Shown here: piece after piece, positions 40,301 through 53,432 of the stretch
How the letters are laid out: the number at the start of each line of letters is the position of its first letter
Numbering within the stretch: position 1 is the first letter of the stretch
From: Lepidodermella squamata
Taxonomy: Eukaryota > Animalia > Gastrotricha
Direction of reading: 5' to 3'
Assembly: GCA_047495785.1 (NCBI GenBank)
Contig: JBLDXI010000007.1
Location: 558,001-622,000 of the forward strand
Length of the DNA: 64,000 nt
Made by a program: the position numbers and the translations under genes
The notes under the pieces: generated by a model
Database searches by the model: none
What the model was told of the DNA's origin: nothing
The model's input: only the letters and a program-made list of their open reading frames with translations

Positions 40301-41969
40301 CGCTGAGGTGAAAACACCGCCTGGCGCTGGCTCCCGGGCGAGTCCGTTGCTCGAGCACGAAAACCTGGACGACGTCGATGGCAAGGCTACTGAAACTATT
40401 GGTGCTTGTCCTGCGGTGTTGTTCGACCTCTTCCTCCGCCCGCCGCCGGACGATACCGCCTCGTTCTACTGTGCTCACAGTTTGCCTGCTGTTGCGATCA
40501 CAGTCGGCCGTGCCGGCTGGTCACGCCTCCGGGAGCTCTACGAAATGCTCGCTTCGCACCAGCAATGGCGTGTTCGCTGGACGCTTGCGTGCTCTGTTGC
40601 CGTGTTGGCTCAAATCGTTGGCGATATGGCAACTATCGAAAGCCTCAAGCCCATCTACGACGCACATCTTCGCGATGTTGATGAGGTATTTTATAAATAT
40701 ATTAAAAGAATCATAAATTAAATTATTCAAAATGTTTGTTATCTTCAACAACGAGGACTAGGAAATTCGAAAAATAGACGTTTTAGAATTTCAACTTTTG
40801 AGACTTCCCACCAACTAGAAAGCTAGCCTGTTTCTTTTCCCTGCAGTTATCACTAGCAAACATCGAATTACCAAATTGCGATTCGGAAATTTTAATTTGA
40901 AAATTTGAAAGAAATTTCAAATTTGCGAATAATTTCATATCTGATTCAGTTACGCTTACAGATAAGCATTTTTCTTTCTTTAAGCAATGCGTATTTTAAG
41001 GTCTTCGAAGTTTGTGGCTTCGAACCGGTCCTAAGGCCAGAACCAGATACTTTGTAACTGGCTAAAGAGTAACTGGCTGGCCTTTCAGGGTAGTAGTTTC
41101 AAAGTTTGAATTCGAATTTTGAATTTTGAATTCGCTTCGATTGTAAATATTTTAATTATTTGTAAAAATATGAACTTTTTCTTCAGGTGCGAATTGGTGG
41201 GTTGAGAAATTTCAATCGTTTCATTGCCCACCTGCCTGCTGGACCACTGCGTGACGAGTATTTGGTTCGCGTGCCTGCTCTTCTCGCTACTGACAACCCG
41301 AACAACTGGCGCCTGCGCTACGAAGTCGGCCGCCAGCTAGCTGATTCCTGCGAGTTGTTCTCGCCCGAGGTTGTGGTGTCTCAAGGCGTGCAGATCGCCC
41401 TGCAACTGCTCGCCGACCGTGCCTACGTCGTGCGCCAGTCGGCATGTCGCTTCTTCGCCAAAATCGTCCACCGGGCGTGCTACCCAATCGTCGGCCTCTC
41501 CTCGATTTCTTCCACCTCGTCATCTTCCTCGTCGTCGAACTTGAGCGACATTCTCTCGTCACAGCAACAACAGCAATTGCCCCATTCTTCTCTGCCCAAG
41601 TTGCTTGAAAATATTTCGCAAATGGCTGCATCGCCTAACGCCAATCAGCGTGTGCTTTTCGTCTGGCTCTGCCGCTGGATCGCCTACGAACGGTCGATCC
41701 CGCCGTCGGTCTACACCCGGCATTTGCTACCGACGATTCTTTCGCTATCCGGCGACTTGATTCTCGCCGTTCGGATAGCACTTTCGCGCCTTCTTTCGCA
41801 GCACATCATGTCAGTGGCGTACTTCACATCGTCAAGCAATCCCCACTGTGACTGGCTGTCGGAAGTTCTCGAAAAGCTGCGCAACGACCCGTACGGCGAT
41901 GTTCGCAATGGCTTGTCTCTGTTACCCGGGGCTCTTATCTCAGAATACCAGATGCCGCCTCATCCTTGA
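37328..41969 (+). CDS. PPP4R1: Serine/threonine phosphatase 4 regulatory subunit 1 (HEAT repeats); exons ~37328-37712, 38007-38562, 39306-40685, 41187-41969
   Basis: HEAT repeats, FNSLLFWRVPLP, YCAHSLPAVAITVGRAGW..LRELYEMLASHQQWRVRWTLA, DVDEVRIG, NWRLRYE; acidic and polyQ N-terminal extension. Confidence 0.88.
38057..38104 (+). repeat. CAA/CAG trinucleotide repeat encoding polyQ in PPP4R1 exon 2
   Basis: Uninterrupted run of about 16 CAA/CAG codons. Confidence 0.9.
38603..38893. mobile_element. Small foldback/MITE-like element in PPP4R1 intron 2
   Basis: TTTCTTCCGACAACCAAAAATGTGACTAAAACCAGCCGAC (~38629) is an imperfect inverse of GTCGGATGATTTTAGTCACAGTTTTCGTGGTCGGATGAAA (~38848). ACTTTTTTCATCCGG also inverts the right end. 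Confidence 0.65.
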
Positions 41970-44900
41970 TGGGGGAAACCGCTTAAATAGATCCATTTGT
42001 TAGGCATTGTTAGCCGCTGCTTTGATTTTATCGTTCAAAGTTTTGTTACACACCTCTTTTGTCATGGAGAATCGAAGGATCTATCGTTACTAAATGTGTC
42101 TCATGTAAATACGTTATCAATTACGATGTTGCTAGAATCGAAAAGTTGCTATGTTATTATATAATTATTATTATCATAATTTCCTGCTCTATTCAATGGA
42201 AGAAAACGTGATGATACGACAAAATAGCTGCAAAATTATGGCGAGAGCTTGTTTCTATAATAATAATACCCGGGTGCCATTATGTTGTGCTACATGCTCT
42301 TCTCTCTTCTTCAGAAAAAAATGTTGATTCATTGCGCTGTAACATACAAATTTATTGAAAAACCTTGAATGGCGACAATTTGCTTTCTTCTTTTTCATAC
42401 GGAGCTGAACACGAGTTGGTCTTTCTTTCTTCGGAAAAAGTAATGCACACCAAGTCTGTAATAACAATGACGACGACGACGACGGAAACAAGACCTACAC
42501 TAATATATCGATATTGTTGTTGAGCACGAATTCAATTTCGGATCGCATCTCACCTTATTTGTTTGCATGCCTTCTTGGTAAAGCTGCTTTCGGCGAGACC
42601 TGATGATGATAAAAAAACGGTTGATTTGATTCGACTTTTTCTGCTTGTTCGCGCGACGAATATTTTTGCCAACTCACAGCTCATCGTGCCTCTTTTATCC
42701 AATAATAATTCGAATAAAAATTATTGCTAAATTTAAATAGCATATTATTATAATAGATGAATCTTTCCAAATCTTCCTGACAATTGTGTAGTGTTTTTCG
42801 ATGATGCCTTTTGCGGCTAATACTGAAACGTGAACCCGCTGATTCGAATGAAAATAACGAACAATATTATATTGATAAATTTCTCGCTTTTAGCCACGTT
42901 ATATTCTCACTCGCGGTCAAAAAGGACTTGTTATCATCATCATCAACTTGTACAGATTTCGGCTGTGTATCGCAATTATGACGATTTTAGTTTTCTTTCT
43001 TTAATTTTTCAGAAGTGGATTTGCTATTCACAATTGCATACATTATTCGGTTTTTCTCTGCAAATGTAATAACGTTGTGCTCGTAGTCAGAAAGGCGTTT
43101 GATGCTTTATAACCGCTGTGTTATCAGAAATGAGATCCGAGAGGTATAAAGATAATGATTGCTATATTATATTGAAATTCGCCCCTTGCCTCATAGAAAG
43201 AAAGAAATAATGATATAATTTGATTTCAAGTATTAGTTTTGTTAACATCTACCTATCTCGAGCACCGATTTATTCCAATGTACAGCTTCATTTTTATTTC
43301 GAAATTGTAAATAGCCATAAGTTGTTAAACTATAGCTCATTTTTCTGTAAATATTTACGACTCAAGCAGTGTTTCTGGCTTATTTTTACGCCAATAATCA
43401 TGCGCCATTGAACAGGCTAATCATAGAGGAAAAATCGTGTGGCTTACAAGAAGAAACGAAATTGAAGAAAACGCTTCCCCATAATTTTGCACAACTTCTA
43501 GCAATTTTTCCTGCTAATAATCTGTTAACGACGGTTAATACTTTTTTCGGTTTTGTGCAACATGAACAGAAAAATATTACTACTTATGCGCTCTATATTT
43601 CCCCACAAAACGCGCCGATTTCATTCAAATGAAGCCCGTTTGTGATATGAGTGTAGTCAAATAAATTAAATAGACACTATTCTCTATACTTATATATACA
43701 TTTGTTATTGTTACTCTGATGATGATGATTAGATGCTTCGCTTGAAAAGTTTGTTTTGCACCTCTCCATATTTTTAGTGCTTCAACTCCCTTGGTATAAA
43801 TACGCGCTCGATGAACCGATTGAGGAATTATTATTATTATTATAATAGTTAGTATTACCAATTAGCCTGTTGTTGCAAATGGTGGCCAACCACCATCTTA
43901 TACGGCTCTACACATAATCGACGTGCCTGCTCTAAAATTATCGATTTCAATACGTTGCGTTATTTTTCTGCGTGTTTGTACGACTTTTTACAGCAAACAA
44001 AATAGAAAAATATGGCCCTATCAAAAGCAGAAATCTGCTCAGTTTTTTCTGCAGCAGCAGCAGCAGCAGCGGTGTCTTTTCAGTGAAACTGCACTTTGGA
44101 GATTTTCTCATACTGGGTTTCGTTGATTTTTACGTATACGAAAATAATATTTTCGCTCTTCAATCAACAAGTGTTTAAAGCGTTGTTATCTTTAATTAAA
44201 TCGGTCTAAATTTATCTATGCTCTTGAAAATACTTTCAGGTATTACTATAGATTTGCATAAATGCGTGGCACGTAATGGAAAACAAACGATAATTCTCAT
44301 TATTTTGCGTGTTCGATAAGAAAGGCGGTTAATTATTAATCTTATTGTATTTCTACATCATTAATCGGTAGATTTTCTCACGCTGACTCTCAGAAGGTGT
44401 GGAAAACTCAATTACGGGCCTGATCAAGTCTGGAAAAATTGAATATGAAACTAGAGAGCAAACTCGCTACTTCTACTGTCAGAATCGATTTCGTCTTTCA
44501 CACTTGATTATTGCGTGCGGCTCTTTATGCTATTCATATGCAGTGTTTTCACGCTCGTTTTACCCTCCGCAAAGCTTATTTCTTGGTTCTTGAACAACCG
44601 TAATCGCATTCCTATGATCAGCCGGAATAAAAATCCCACAGACATTTTTTCGTATCTTATCCTCCTCTAATTAGCGATTTGAGAATCTGCGCCTCTTCCA
44701 ATTTCTTACTTGAAAAGCGTACAAGTCTCACGTCGAACTATTAAAAATCGAAAATCATGTGGCATTATAATGACAGCAATCTGCAACCAACTTCTACCGT
44801 TCATATATTTCAGCCATTTCAGCCATTTGACTTGTCTTTTACGTTCTTGAAATTCCGCTATTCTTCTCCGTTGCAAGAAGCGGCTACGATATATAGCGCT

Positions 44901-45083
44901 ATTTTGTGTGCGGCTATATGATATGTGTCACTTGTAAATTTGAATGGGAGTGAAGTGTCTATAATGTTATAAAACGATGATGACGATGATGATGAAATAC
45001 AGACATTAATATCTAATAAAAATGCACTGGTGTTGTTGAATGTATCTTGTCTTTTTCTTAGAATTTAATCGCAGCAGTAAAAC

Positions 45084-47039
45084 ATGGGTGATGAACACAA
45101 GGTTTATCGAAGCGCTCTCGCCTCGCGTTATGCGAGTCGCGAAATGTTGGAGAATTTCAGCGAGTACAAGAAAGCCATCACGTGGCGCCGTTTGTGGTAC
45201 TGGCTAGCTACAGCGCAGAAAGAACTCGGCGTCCCGCAGGTGGACGAGGCGCAACTCAAAGAGATGGAACAGACGATGGCGGATGTTGATTTTCAACGCG
45301 TTAACGCCGAAGAAGCTAGGTTGAAGCATGATGTGATGGCGCATATTCATGCGTGGCGAGCAATTTGTCCAAATGCTGGTGCGATAATTCACCTTGGTGC
45401 GACGTCGGAAGATATCAAGGACAACGCTGATTTGATTCTGATGCGAAATGCTATCGATATTCTGCTGCCCAAATTGGCGCGTTGCTGCGATCGTCTTGCG
45501 AAATTCGCCGAACGCTTCAAAAGTCTACCTTGCTTGGGCTACACCCATTTACAGTTAGTTTTAGTTTCGGATTTCGTGGCAAGATTTCGGAATTTTCCAA
45601 TCGAAGGAGCCCCATCCCCTTTTATCAAATCGCTTCAAATTAAAAAATTTAGTATGATCTAAACACATATTTCCAGGGAACTAAGTCAAGCGTTTCTTCA
45701 CTTTTTTTACGGATTATACTTGGGTTTCGAGAGGTAAAGGGTAGCGTCATTTTAAGGTGGTTGAAATTAGTGGATCGCATAAACTTTCAAAGTTGAACAT
45801 TTCATCATTCATCGACGAGATTTTTCGATGTAAACTCTGAATTCAAAAAGTGGTTGGAAAATTGGTCATTTTTGTTTATGGTTGTTGGTTGTCTATGTAT
45901 GGTTATTTTAAACATTATACATTGCAATTTTCTATTTTTTTATTTTCTTTTCAGGGCCGCTCAGTTGGTCACTATGGGAAAGCGAGCCTGCATCTGGCTA
46001 GCCGATCTAGCTCGCGACTTGGTCAATCTTGAACGCCTCCGCGGTGAGATGCGCCTCAAGGGTCTGAAAGGCGCCACCGGAACCCAGGCGAGCTACTTAA
46101 CGCTGATGAAAGGCGACGTTGAAAAGGTGTATAAACTCGAGAAAACCTTCTCAAACTTGGCTGGGTTCACCAGTGGTGTCTACCCGGTTTGCGGTCAGAC
46201 GTGCAGCCGTAAAGTTGACGCTGAAATTTTGAGCGGCCTCGCCGGTCTCGGGGCTAGTCTACACAAAATGTTCAGCGATATTCGTTTGCTATGCGCCTTC
46301 CACGAAATCGGCGAGCCGTTTGGCGACGAGCAAATCGGCTCATCGGCCATGCCCTACAAACAAAACCCTGCCCGATCTGAGCGTTGTTGTGGTATAGCCC
46401 GGCATTTGATAACGCTATGCAATGACGGGTTTTCAACGCATGCCGTTCAGTGGCTAGAGCGATCGTTGGACGACAGCTCGAACCGTCGCCTTTCGTTAGC
46501 TGAAGCTTTTCTAACTGCCGATGCTGTTCTAGAAACAGCGCAATTCGTTTTGGAAGGCCTTGGTGTCAATGAAAAAGTAGGACTTTGAATTTTTGTGGAA
46601 TCTTTAAGGCTCGAATTTCAATTTTCATAGATTGTTGCTAAGCGAGTGAACGATGAGATCCACAATTTGATCTCTGAAGAAATTTTAGTGGCGATGACTG
46701 GCGTTGGTGCTGATAGACAGGTAAATTTTCCGCTTATTTCGAGATTTTTCTTCATTTTCTGATTTTTTTCAGACCTGCCATGAACAACTCCGCCGTCTTT
46801 CATTAGCCGCCTCAGCTCGGGTGCGAGACGACCCAGCCCTGAAAAATGATCTGATTGAGCGAATCAAAAGCGAGCCTTTTTTCGCGCCAATCCACGGCAA
46901 AATAGACGATCTGATAAATGCGAGTCGCCTTGTCGGCTTGGCCCCGGTTCAGGTCGACCGTTTCCTGGCCGAAGAGGTGCGACCAGTTTTGGCGAAATAT
47001 AGCGCGCAAATCGACTCGAAAGCTGCCTCTATTGTTTAA
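45084..47039 (+). CDS. ADSL: Adenylosuccinate lyase, 4 exons
   Basis: YRSALASRYAS, KHDVMAH, IIHLGATS, GYTHLQ, KGATGTQAS, fumarate-lyase signature SSAMPYKQNP, WLERSLDDS. Confidence 0.96.
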
Positions 47040-47315
47040 AACCATGACAATTGTGAGATGATGTTTTTGTGGGTTTGAAAGTGCCTTCACATTCACCTAT
47101 GTCTAGTCTTGTGATCAAATAAAATGCTTTATTTCATTTTTAAAACGGCTTTTTCTTATTTTCTTGAATTAGAAACAATTAAGAGAAAAAGGCGAAATAA
47201 ATCAGCTTTATTGTCCTGTCCACTCAAGATCAAAATTTATCAGCAACAACATAATTGAGATAAACTGGCCTGATTGTAAATTGCTGCGATATTTCGTCAT
47301 TTTAGTATCTTGAGA

Positions 47316-49115
47316 ATGGCAGATAACCCCGATGGGGAGCGGGAGAAATTAGCGGTTTACAAGAACCAAGTAACTAGAAACTATTTATGATAACTTGAAA
47401 TTATGGCATGATCGTGTTTTCATTAAGCTGGACGTTCTGAACCAACTGCTCGAGGAAGTTGGAGATAACGAAGATATCAGCGCAGCAAAAACAGATCTCG
47501 AGGAGCTTATCAAACTGAGCGAAGGTCAGTAAGCATATCACGAGATTTAATCGCCTGTTAATTTTCCTAACAATCAGAGAGCATTTTGGCCTCGGAGAAA
47601 GCAAAATTGTTGGCTGAGGTTAATGAGCTTTATGGCACTCAATCAGCTGAGGTCGAAGAGGAAAAGGAATCGGATGTAGTAAGTTTAATCAATTTTTTGA
47701 ATAATTTTCCCACAATATTGAGAAAATGACTACAGACCAGCTCGGAATTTGTCGGCGGTCTATGTCACATCCTGCGAAGATCCACGAGATCAGGCCGCCT
47801 GATTCGGCATGCTGTGATGATTTTAGACTTTGAGCCCCAAGAATCACAGGAGGACGGTGATGATGATGATGAAGTCCAAGTTCGGGTTATGTACCTACAT
47901 CCTACTGAACCTTGGATGGTACCCTGTGAGCACTACATGAAGCAGCGATGTTTCTTCGGCGACCGATGCAAATTTTCGCATGGTCATACAGTTAAATTGG
48001 CTAAACTGCTACCCTATGAAGAACCTGATCGGAGGTAAAAAAATCAATTTTATTGAATCAAATACTTCATTTCAATTTTTAGCCAACTAGTTAGTGGGAA
48101 GTTTTGCTTGGTTCTGATCAGACCGGACGAGGTTGAAGGGAAGAAATCTGACCCTGCTTTATGGCGCGAGGGTGAAGTGGTGAATTTATCGTCGGAAAGT
48201 GTGATCGTTCAGTTTGCTGGGGTGAAAATCGACGCGCCAGCCGTTGTCACATCGGTAGCTTTGGAAGACGCAATGCCATTGGCTGACAATGAAAATGGCA
48301 GCGATGATGAGGATGAAATCGACGACTCGTTAGCCGATGAAGTTGGTTTTCCATCCCCGGTTAAATCAAACGACCCTGTAGTTGCCGCACCTGCGTCCTG
48401 GGAGGCTCATACAAAAGGCATCGGTTCGAAATTACTCGCGAAAATGGGCTGGCAGGGCCCAGGAGTGGGTATTGGGAAGGCCGAACAAGGCATGGCTGAA
48501 CCCATCCCGGTCGAGGTTATGCCGAAAGGAATGGCTCTCGATACTTTTCTCCAGCTTCGTAATGAATCTGGGATGATCACCTTGGGTAAAGGAGCGATAA
48601 AAATGTTGAAATCAAAGGCATCGCAAGCGCTGATTAGGAAGGAACAGCAGCAAGCCAAAGTTAACGATAAGGCGAAAACGATGCCGGTCAAATCGGCGGA
48701 GGATGATTTTTTCTCATTTTTGAATGAGAGCGTCATAGCGAAAGCTGAGCCGAAATTCGACGATGGACCGTCCTCCTCGAAAAAGAGCCGAATTTCGAAT
48801 CCTGTTCCGGATAAAGAAATCGGTGTAACGGTTAGTGAAATGTAAAATCTATAAAATTCGCTAAAATTTTAAATTTAACAGCTTCTTCAAACTGCCGAAA
48901 AGATCAAGAAAACGGAGGCTGAAATTGCGAAGATGAACGATACGCTCAAGCGAATGACTGGCGGGGCGTCGAAGGTCTCTACGCCCGATGTTGAACGACT
49001 GAGGAAGAGAATAGCCGAATCTCAAGCTGTGCTGGGGCAGCTCAAGTCGCAGGAAAAGCGAGCTATGCAATCTAGATCGAATGAGCGTGATCGGAAAAAG
49101 CTGACTAGCTTCTAG
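47316..49115 (+). CDS. ZGPAT: Zinc finger CCCH-type with G-patch domain protein
   Basis: VRVMYLHPT..MVPCEHYMKQRCFFGDRCKFSHG (CCCH), Tudor-like segment, G-patch WEAHTKGIGSKLLAKMGW, C-terminal DRKKLTSF. Confidence 0.92.
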
Positions 49116-49201
49116 TTATTCCGTTTTAAATTGTTTTTAATTTAAATTTGATGGAAGTCAACCTCTCCTATTTTTTTCCTAGATTTTTACCAGATTCCAC
49201 G

Positions 49202-50970
49202 ATGTCTGACGCAGAGTGGATGCACATGAACATCAGCCAAGTAAATGAATGATTTGAAATTGGCACTAAAAATTACATTTAAATTTGTTTAGGATTGGCA
49301 TGTTATCGACTCGTGGGGAGAATGGCTATTGCAATTCCGGGATCCCACTGCTTTGTGGAAGACTCATTCATCTTATGTCGCCTACGAATATTACTTCTAT
49401 CTATGCGCCTTGGGCACCCTCTATATGTGTAAATACCTAACCCTTTCGATATATCGGACGTTAATTCTCATGAATTTTGCAGCGATTCGTGAGGGTGGAC
49501 GCATACCATTTATTTGGATATCGGCGATTCTGCACGGCCTGTGGCTGGAAATGCTCTGTTACTATGTACCCGATTTGGACAACTTTTGGCAGAGTCACTC
49601 GTCAGTCATGTTTTTCGGTCATCGATACCCTCTCCACATTATCTGCCTCTGTAATTTATTAAAAAATTTCCCATCTCAGCGATTCATTTTTCTTTACTTC
49701 AGACGCCTATTTCATTCCGATTGGCAATGCCATTGCACGTCGATTGAACCTGAAATGGTGGGCTGAGCCGTGCGCTGCCGGGTTGTTTGTGGTCATGACT
49801 GATTACCCGATGGATATTCTTGGCATAAAATTGCTCTGGTGGACCTGGCACGATACGGACCCTTCCATCTACGACAGGTTTTACTGGGTACCTTGGACGT
49901 GAGTCGCAGCACGACGATTTCGACTTTACGTTTGATCCATTTAAATTTTAGATCGTTCGTTTTCCACGCGACTTTCACAGCGTCAAACTGGGTGCTTTTC
50001 AACGGGCTTCACAAGCTTATTGCTGGCGGTGGTTATCGCGAATATCGAGGCCTTATTAAGGAATCTATTGTCACGTTACTTACTGGTCTCTTGACGTTTC
50101 CGCTTGGGGCCATGTGCTTCCTGTTTATTTATCACCCGCTGCATGATTTCCATGGAATTCACACTGAAATCATTTGCGTTTGCCTGCTCACGACGTTCGC
50201 TTTGATCGTTTTCAAGTCTGTGCGACGCAGTGAAAAGCCGTACAAAAAAGGTAAATATTTAGTATCGCGAAATTCGCAATATATGAAATTCGTATTTTGC
50301 AATAGAGAAGGGATGGTTCGATATTGTGCCGATCCTTGCGTTCACGAACAGTATCTACTACATGATAACGGTTTGCCTGGCAGACCCTGGTAAAATTACA
50401 ACGACTGGCTACTTCGAAGTCGTTGGACCTTGCAATGCCACTATGGTTGTCAATACTATCGCTGGGGTAAACTTTAGTTCAAATTTACATTTAGCTCATA
50501 CATTTTGAGGTTTTTTATAGCCGGTAACGCGATCTAAATATCTATGCCCGCAAACCTACCGATCAGCCGATTATTTCACATGGGACTGTTTGCCCAAAGA
50601 AGACCGTGAGGCTATTATGAATATAGGTAAGCTCCATATTAGCATTTATCATGCTTTCAATTTTTTACCATCAACTACATCTTTATTTTCTCATATTTAA
50701 TCTTCAATAACAAATATTATTACTGAGAACAGGCTATAGCCATAAGAGGCCTAATACTACATGTATGTAACGTTTTTCTTACATTTAGGCAAGGGTGTCG
50801 GTGAACCTCGTGGCTGGTACACGATTTGCGGAACGCCCTACCCGAATCGATCCGAATACATAACTATTGTGTGGGCGGGTTGCATTCTGGCAGCGTTCCT
50901 CAATTACGAAATACTCAGTCGTTCGAAGAGTCTGCTCCGATCCAACAAGAGGGAACTGAAGAAAGACTAA
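49202..50970 (+). CDS. Conserved invertebrate multipass membrane protein (DUF7802-like), multi-exon
   Basis: LHGLWLEMLCYYVPDLDNFWQS, RYPLHII, DILGIKLLWWTWHDTDPSIYDRFYWVPWTS, YLCP, WYTICGTPYPNRSEYI; consistent GT-AG exons. The family name is recalled, not searched. Confidence 0.7.
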
Positions 50971-52733
50971 CCTAGACTAAAGAAAAAACTATTACCGTTT
51001 ATTTATCAATATTGGAAAAATTGAAACAAGGATTTACCAGACTGGAAGGTTGATGATGTAACGATCATGACGCTTCTCCAAATGACGGTATTATACATAT
51101 GCTTGATTTATTTTCGATTGTAATAAAACTGATTATAAAGTAGTTGGTGCGTGTGGTTCGAAAAATCTTCTTGAACAAATCCAAGTTTTATTGAAGGAAG
51201 ACTAATAACTCGGAAATCTATCAAGCTGACGCCGGCTCCATGCTAACTCATCCTCAAAACTTCATTGTAAGCTTGACAGTTTGACAGCAGATCAATCGTT
51301 GAAACTGCAATGTTACGGCTGGATTAATTATTTATCAGGATAATCCATGGAATTGCGGGAAGAATTTTGTGAAATCGATAAAGCATACTTTCGATTGCTA
51401 CGCTAAGTATTATGGGAGGAGCGTAATTATTTGATATTTTTTACTTGTGTTTCAGCACGTCCGCGAAATGCCTTTTGCAGACATTTCGCGTTTTCGTCTT
51501 TCATATCTAAAACACTTATCGCCTAAAACAATGGAACATCCGAATGGTAGATGAATGATTAAAGGAAGTAATGTTGCTTAAGAATCTATTTCTACGTCGA
51601 TTCCCTCCTTCTCTTAATTCATTAAGAACTAAGGAAGATATTGAAACTTTCAACATCCTCACATATGCATCACATCGTTGAACAGGCATGTCTTGAATGA
51701 GGCTCCTTCTAGGAGGAGGTTTTCCTCAGCAGCAATATCCACAGCAGACAGCAAACTTATTCTTAGGCTGGTAAGTAGGCTGGTAAGTACGTTTGCCACT
51801 AAAACGCTCTGGTTTCACCTGTAGGAGACCAAATTATAACGTTAGGATTAAAGCGCCAACAAACAACAAAGCTGGAACCTCGATCCGTCGGCCGTTACTA
51901 ATTGAAAGATTCACATGCGACCAATTTATATCAGAAAATGAAATATTTTATTTCAAAATGTATTATTTTGGTAATTTTGTATCAAAATTATTTATACTCA
52001 AAATTTATTGAATGATCTTGAACTACCCCCTAACAAAGCGGTATTTTTCTGCAATGCAAAAAGGGGCGGGGCGAGAAGGAGGCCGACGGTTAGTCTTTGT
52101 TCTGTTGTTCTGTTGTTTCGTTTTTCGACCATTGCGACATTTGGCCAACGCAATGGTCAGTGTCCCAATTTTTATTCTGCCAGCCTTATCCATTTATTGC
52201 TTTGAGATGAGCAAAAGATTGAAAGCCCGTTGCAATTTCACCACGATCAGGTATCTTATCGATATCTTGAGTTGCCTACTGTATGATGCAATGGTTGTAC
52301 GCAATGACCCCATTAGGTGTCTATGATCGAGTACTTTCTTATCATCAGACAGAAAGTCGTAGCCTCTCTCTTTTTATCTTCATGGCCACTCTCGTACTCA
52401 AATCTTCTTGATTCATCTATGACTTATGGGGTTTGACGGTTTGTAACGCATTCGAAAGATCGAGATTAGATGTCATTAGCGGCGATAATTTTCCCAATTG
52501 CTCTTCAAAAGTTCTCAATGTCCTGAGAGTTACCCTCGGCCCCTAGGCATTGAACGATGTTCAAGTCATGCCGGTATCTGATTCAGTGCTGAGGTATGCA
52601 CTCCCTTAACGAACCCGTACCGTCGCAACAGTCGATGCGTGCTAATTGAATTCCCCTTCCTAATACTTCCCTAACGAGGTTTTTGAATACATGTTCATTT
52701 CTTGATTTAGAAAATACGCTATTTTTTATTTGA

Positions 52734-53432
52734 ATGACTGTGAGTGGAGCGTATTCTTTCATGGAATTGGCCGCGGTGAATGGCCAAGTTACCGGTTCTG
52801 CAAATCCTCGACCTCGTGAATTGACATCTCCTGAAAGATCTACAAAGCTCACAAGTAAGATTATCTCATTTCAATTATTTCGATCGTTATTTCTAATGAT
52901 AAATTGTTTATTTTTAGCCATGAGCAATGCAAGTATTCAGAGTACCCCAGAAGATAGTCGGACGCGAGACGAACTATGCCAGCTGATTCTAGAGTCTTTC
53001 ACCCCTGCCCATAATCAAGAGAATTGTCGGGTCATTCTTTCAGAGCAACATGTGCTTAAAATCGCAGAACTTATCCTCGCCAACTCAACAACTGAACCTT
53101 GTGGAGTTCATGGCTGCTGTTTCCAAATACAATTGGAAGGAACTGATATTCCCGGTCAAAGAAAAACACTTAAGATCCATCGATTCGGTGAAAAAGAGGG
53201 CGTGGCGCCAACGCACGAAATCTACTTGATTCTCAGAGATGTAAATGGCAAAAATCGCGAGGAAACTGATACAATCAAGATTTTCAGCAAAATCAAGCAG
53301 TACTTGCTAACGAAAATCCATTCCACAAGAGTCATCCAGAATCCAACTTATCGTATTGAGAAGAAAAGGTTGTTCAGAAGTGCTAAAACTCAGTCTCCCA
53401 CAGCAGCAAACCCGAACACGGCTTCTTCATGA
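52734..53432 (+). CDS. DDIT4: DDIT4/REDD1 (scylla/charybde)-like mTORC1 repressor, RTP801_C domain; probable in-frame intron 52855-52917; start codon uncertain
   Basis: IAELILANSTTEPCGVHGC (cf. EPCGLRG), PTHEIYLILR, YRIEKKRLFRS (cf. FRVIKKKLYSS). Confidence 0.8.
   Translation: MTVSGAYSFMELAAVNGQVTGSANPRPRELTSPERSTKLTSKIISFQLFRSLFLMINCLFLAMSNASIQSTPEDSRTRDELCQLILESFTPAHNQENCRVILSEQHVLKIAELILANSTTEPCGVHGCCFQIQLEGTDIPGQRKTLKIHRFGEKEGVAPTHEIYLILRDVNGKNREETDTIKIFSKIKQYLLTKIHSTRVIQNPTYRIEKKRLFRSAKTQSPTAANPNTASS

Noticed and set aside
41015-41085. TCGAACC as a possible tRNA T-loop on the minus strand
   Set aside because: No cloverleaf can be built.
42255-44593. Short ORFs and a (CAG)n run after PPP4R1
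   Set aside because: AT-rich 3'UTR-like sequence.
51773-51790. Tandem AGGCTGGTAAGT duplication (donor-like)
   Set aside because: No exon could be defined with confidence.
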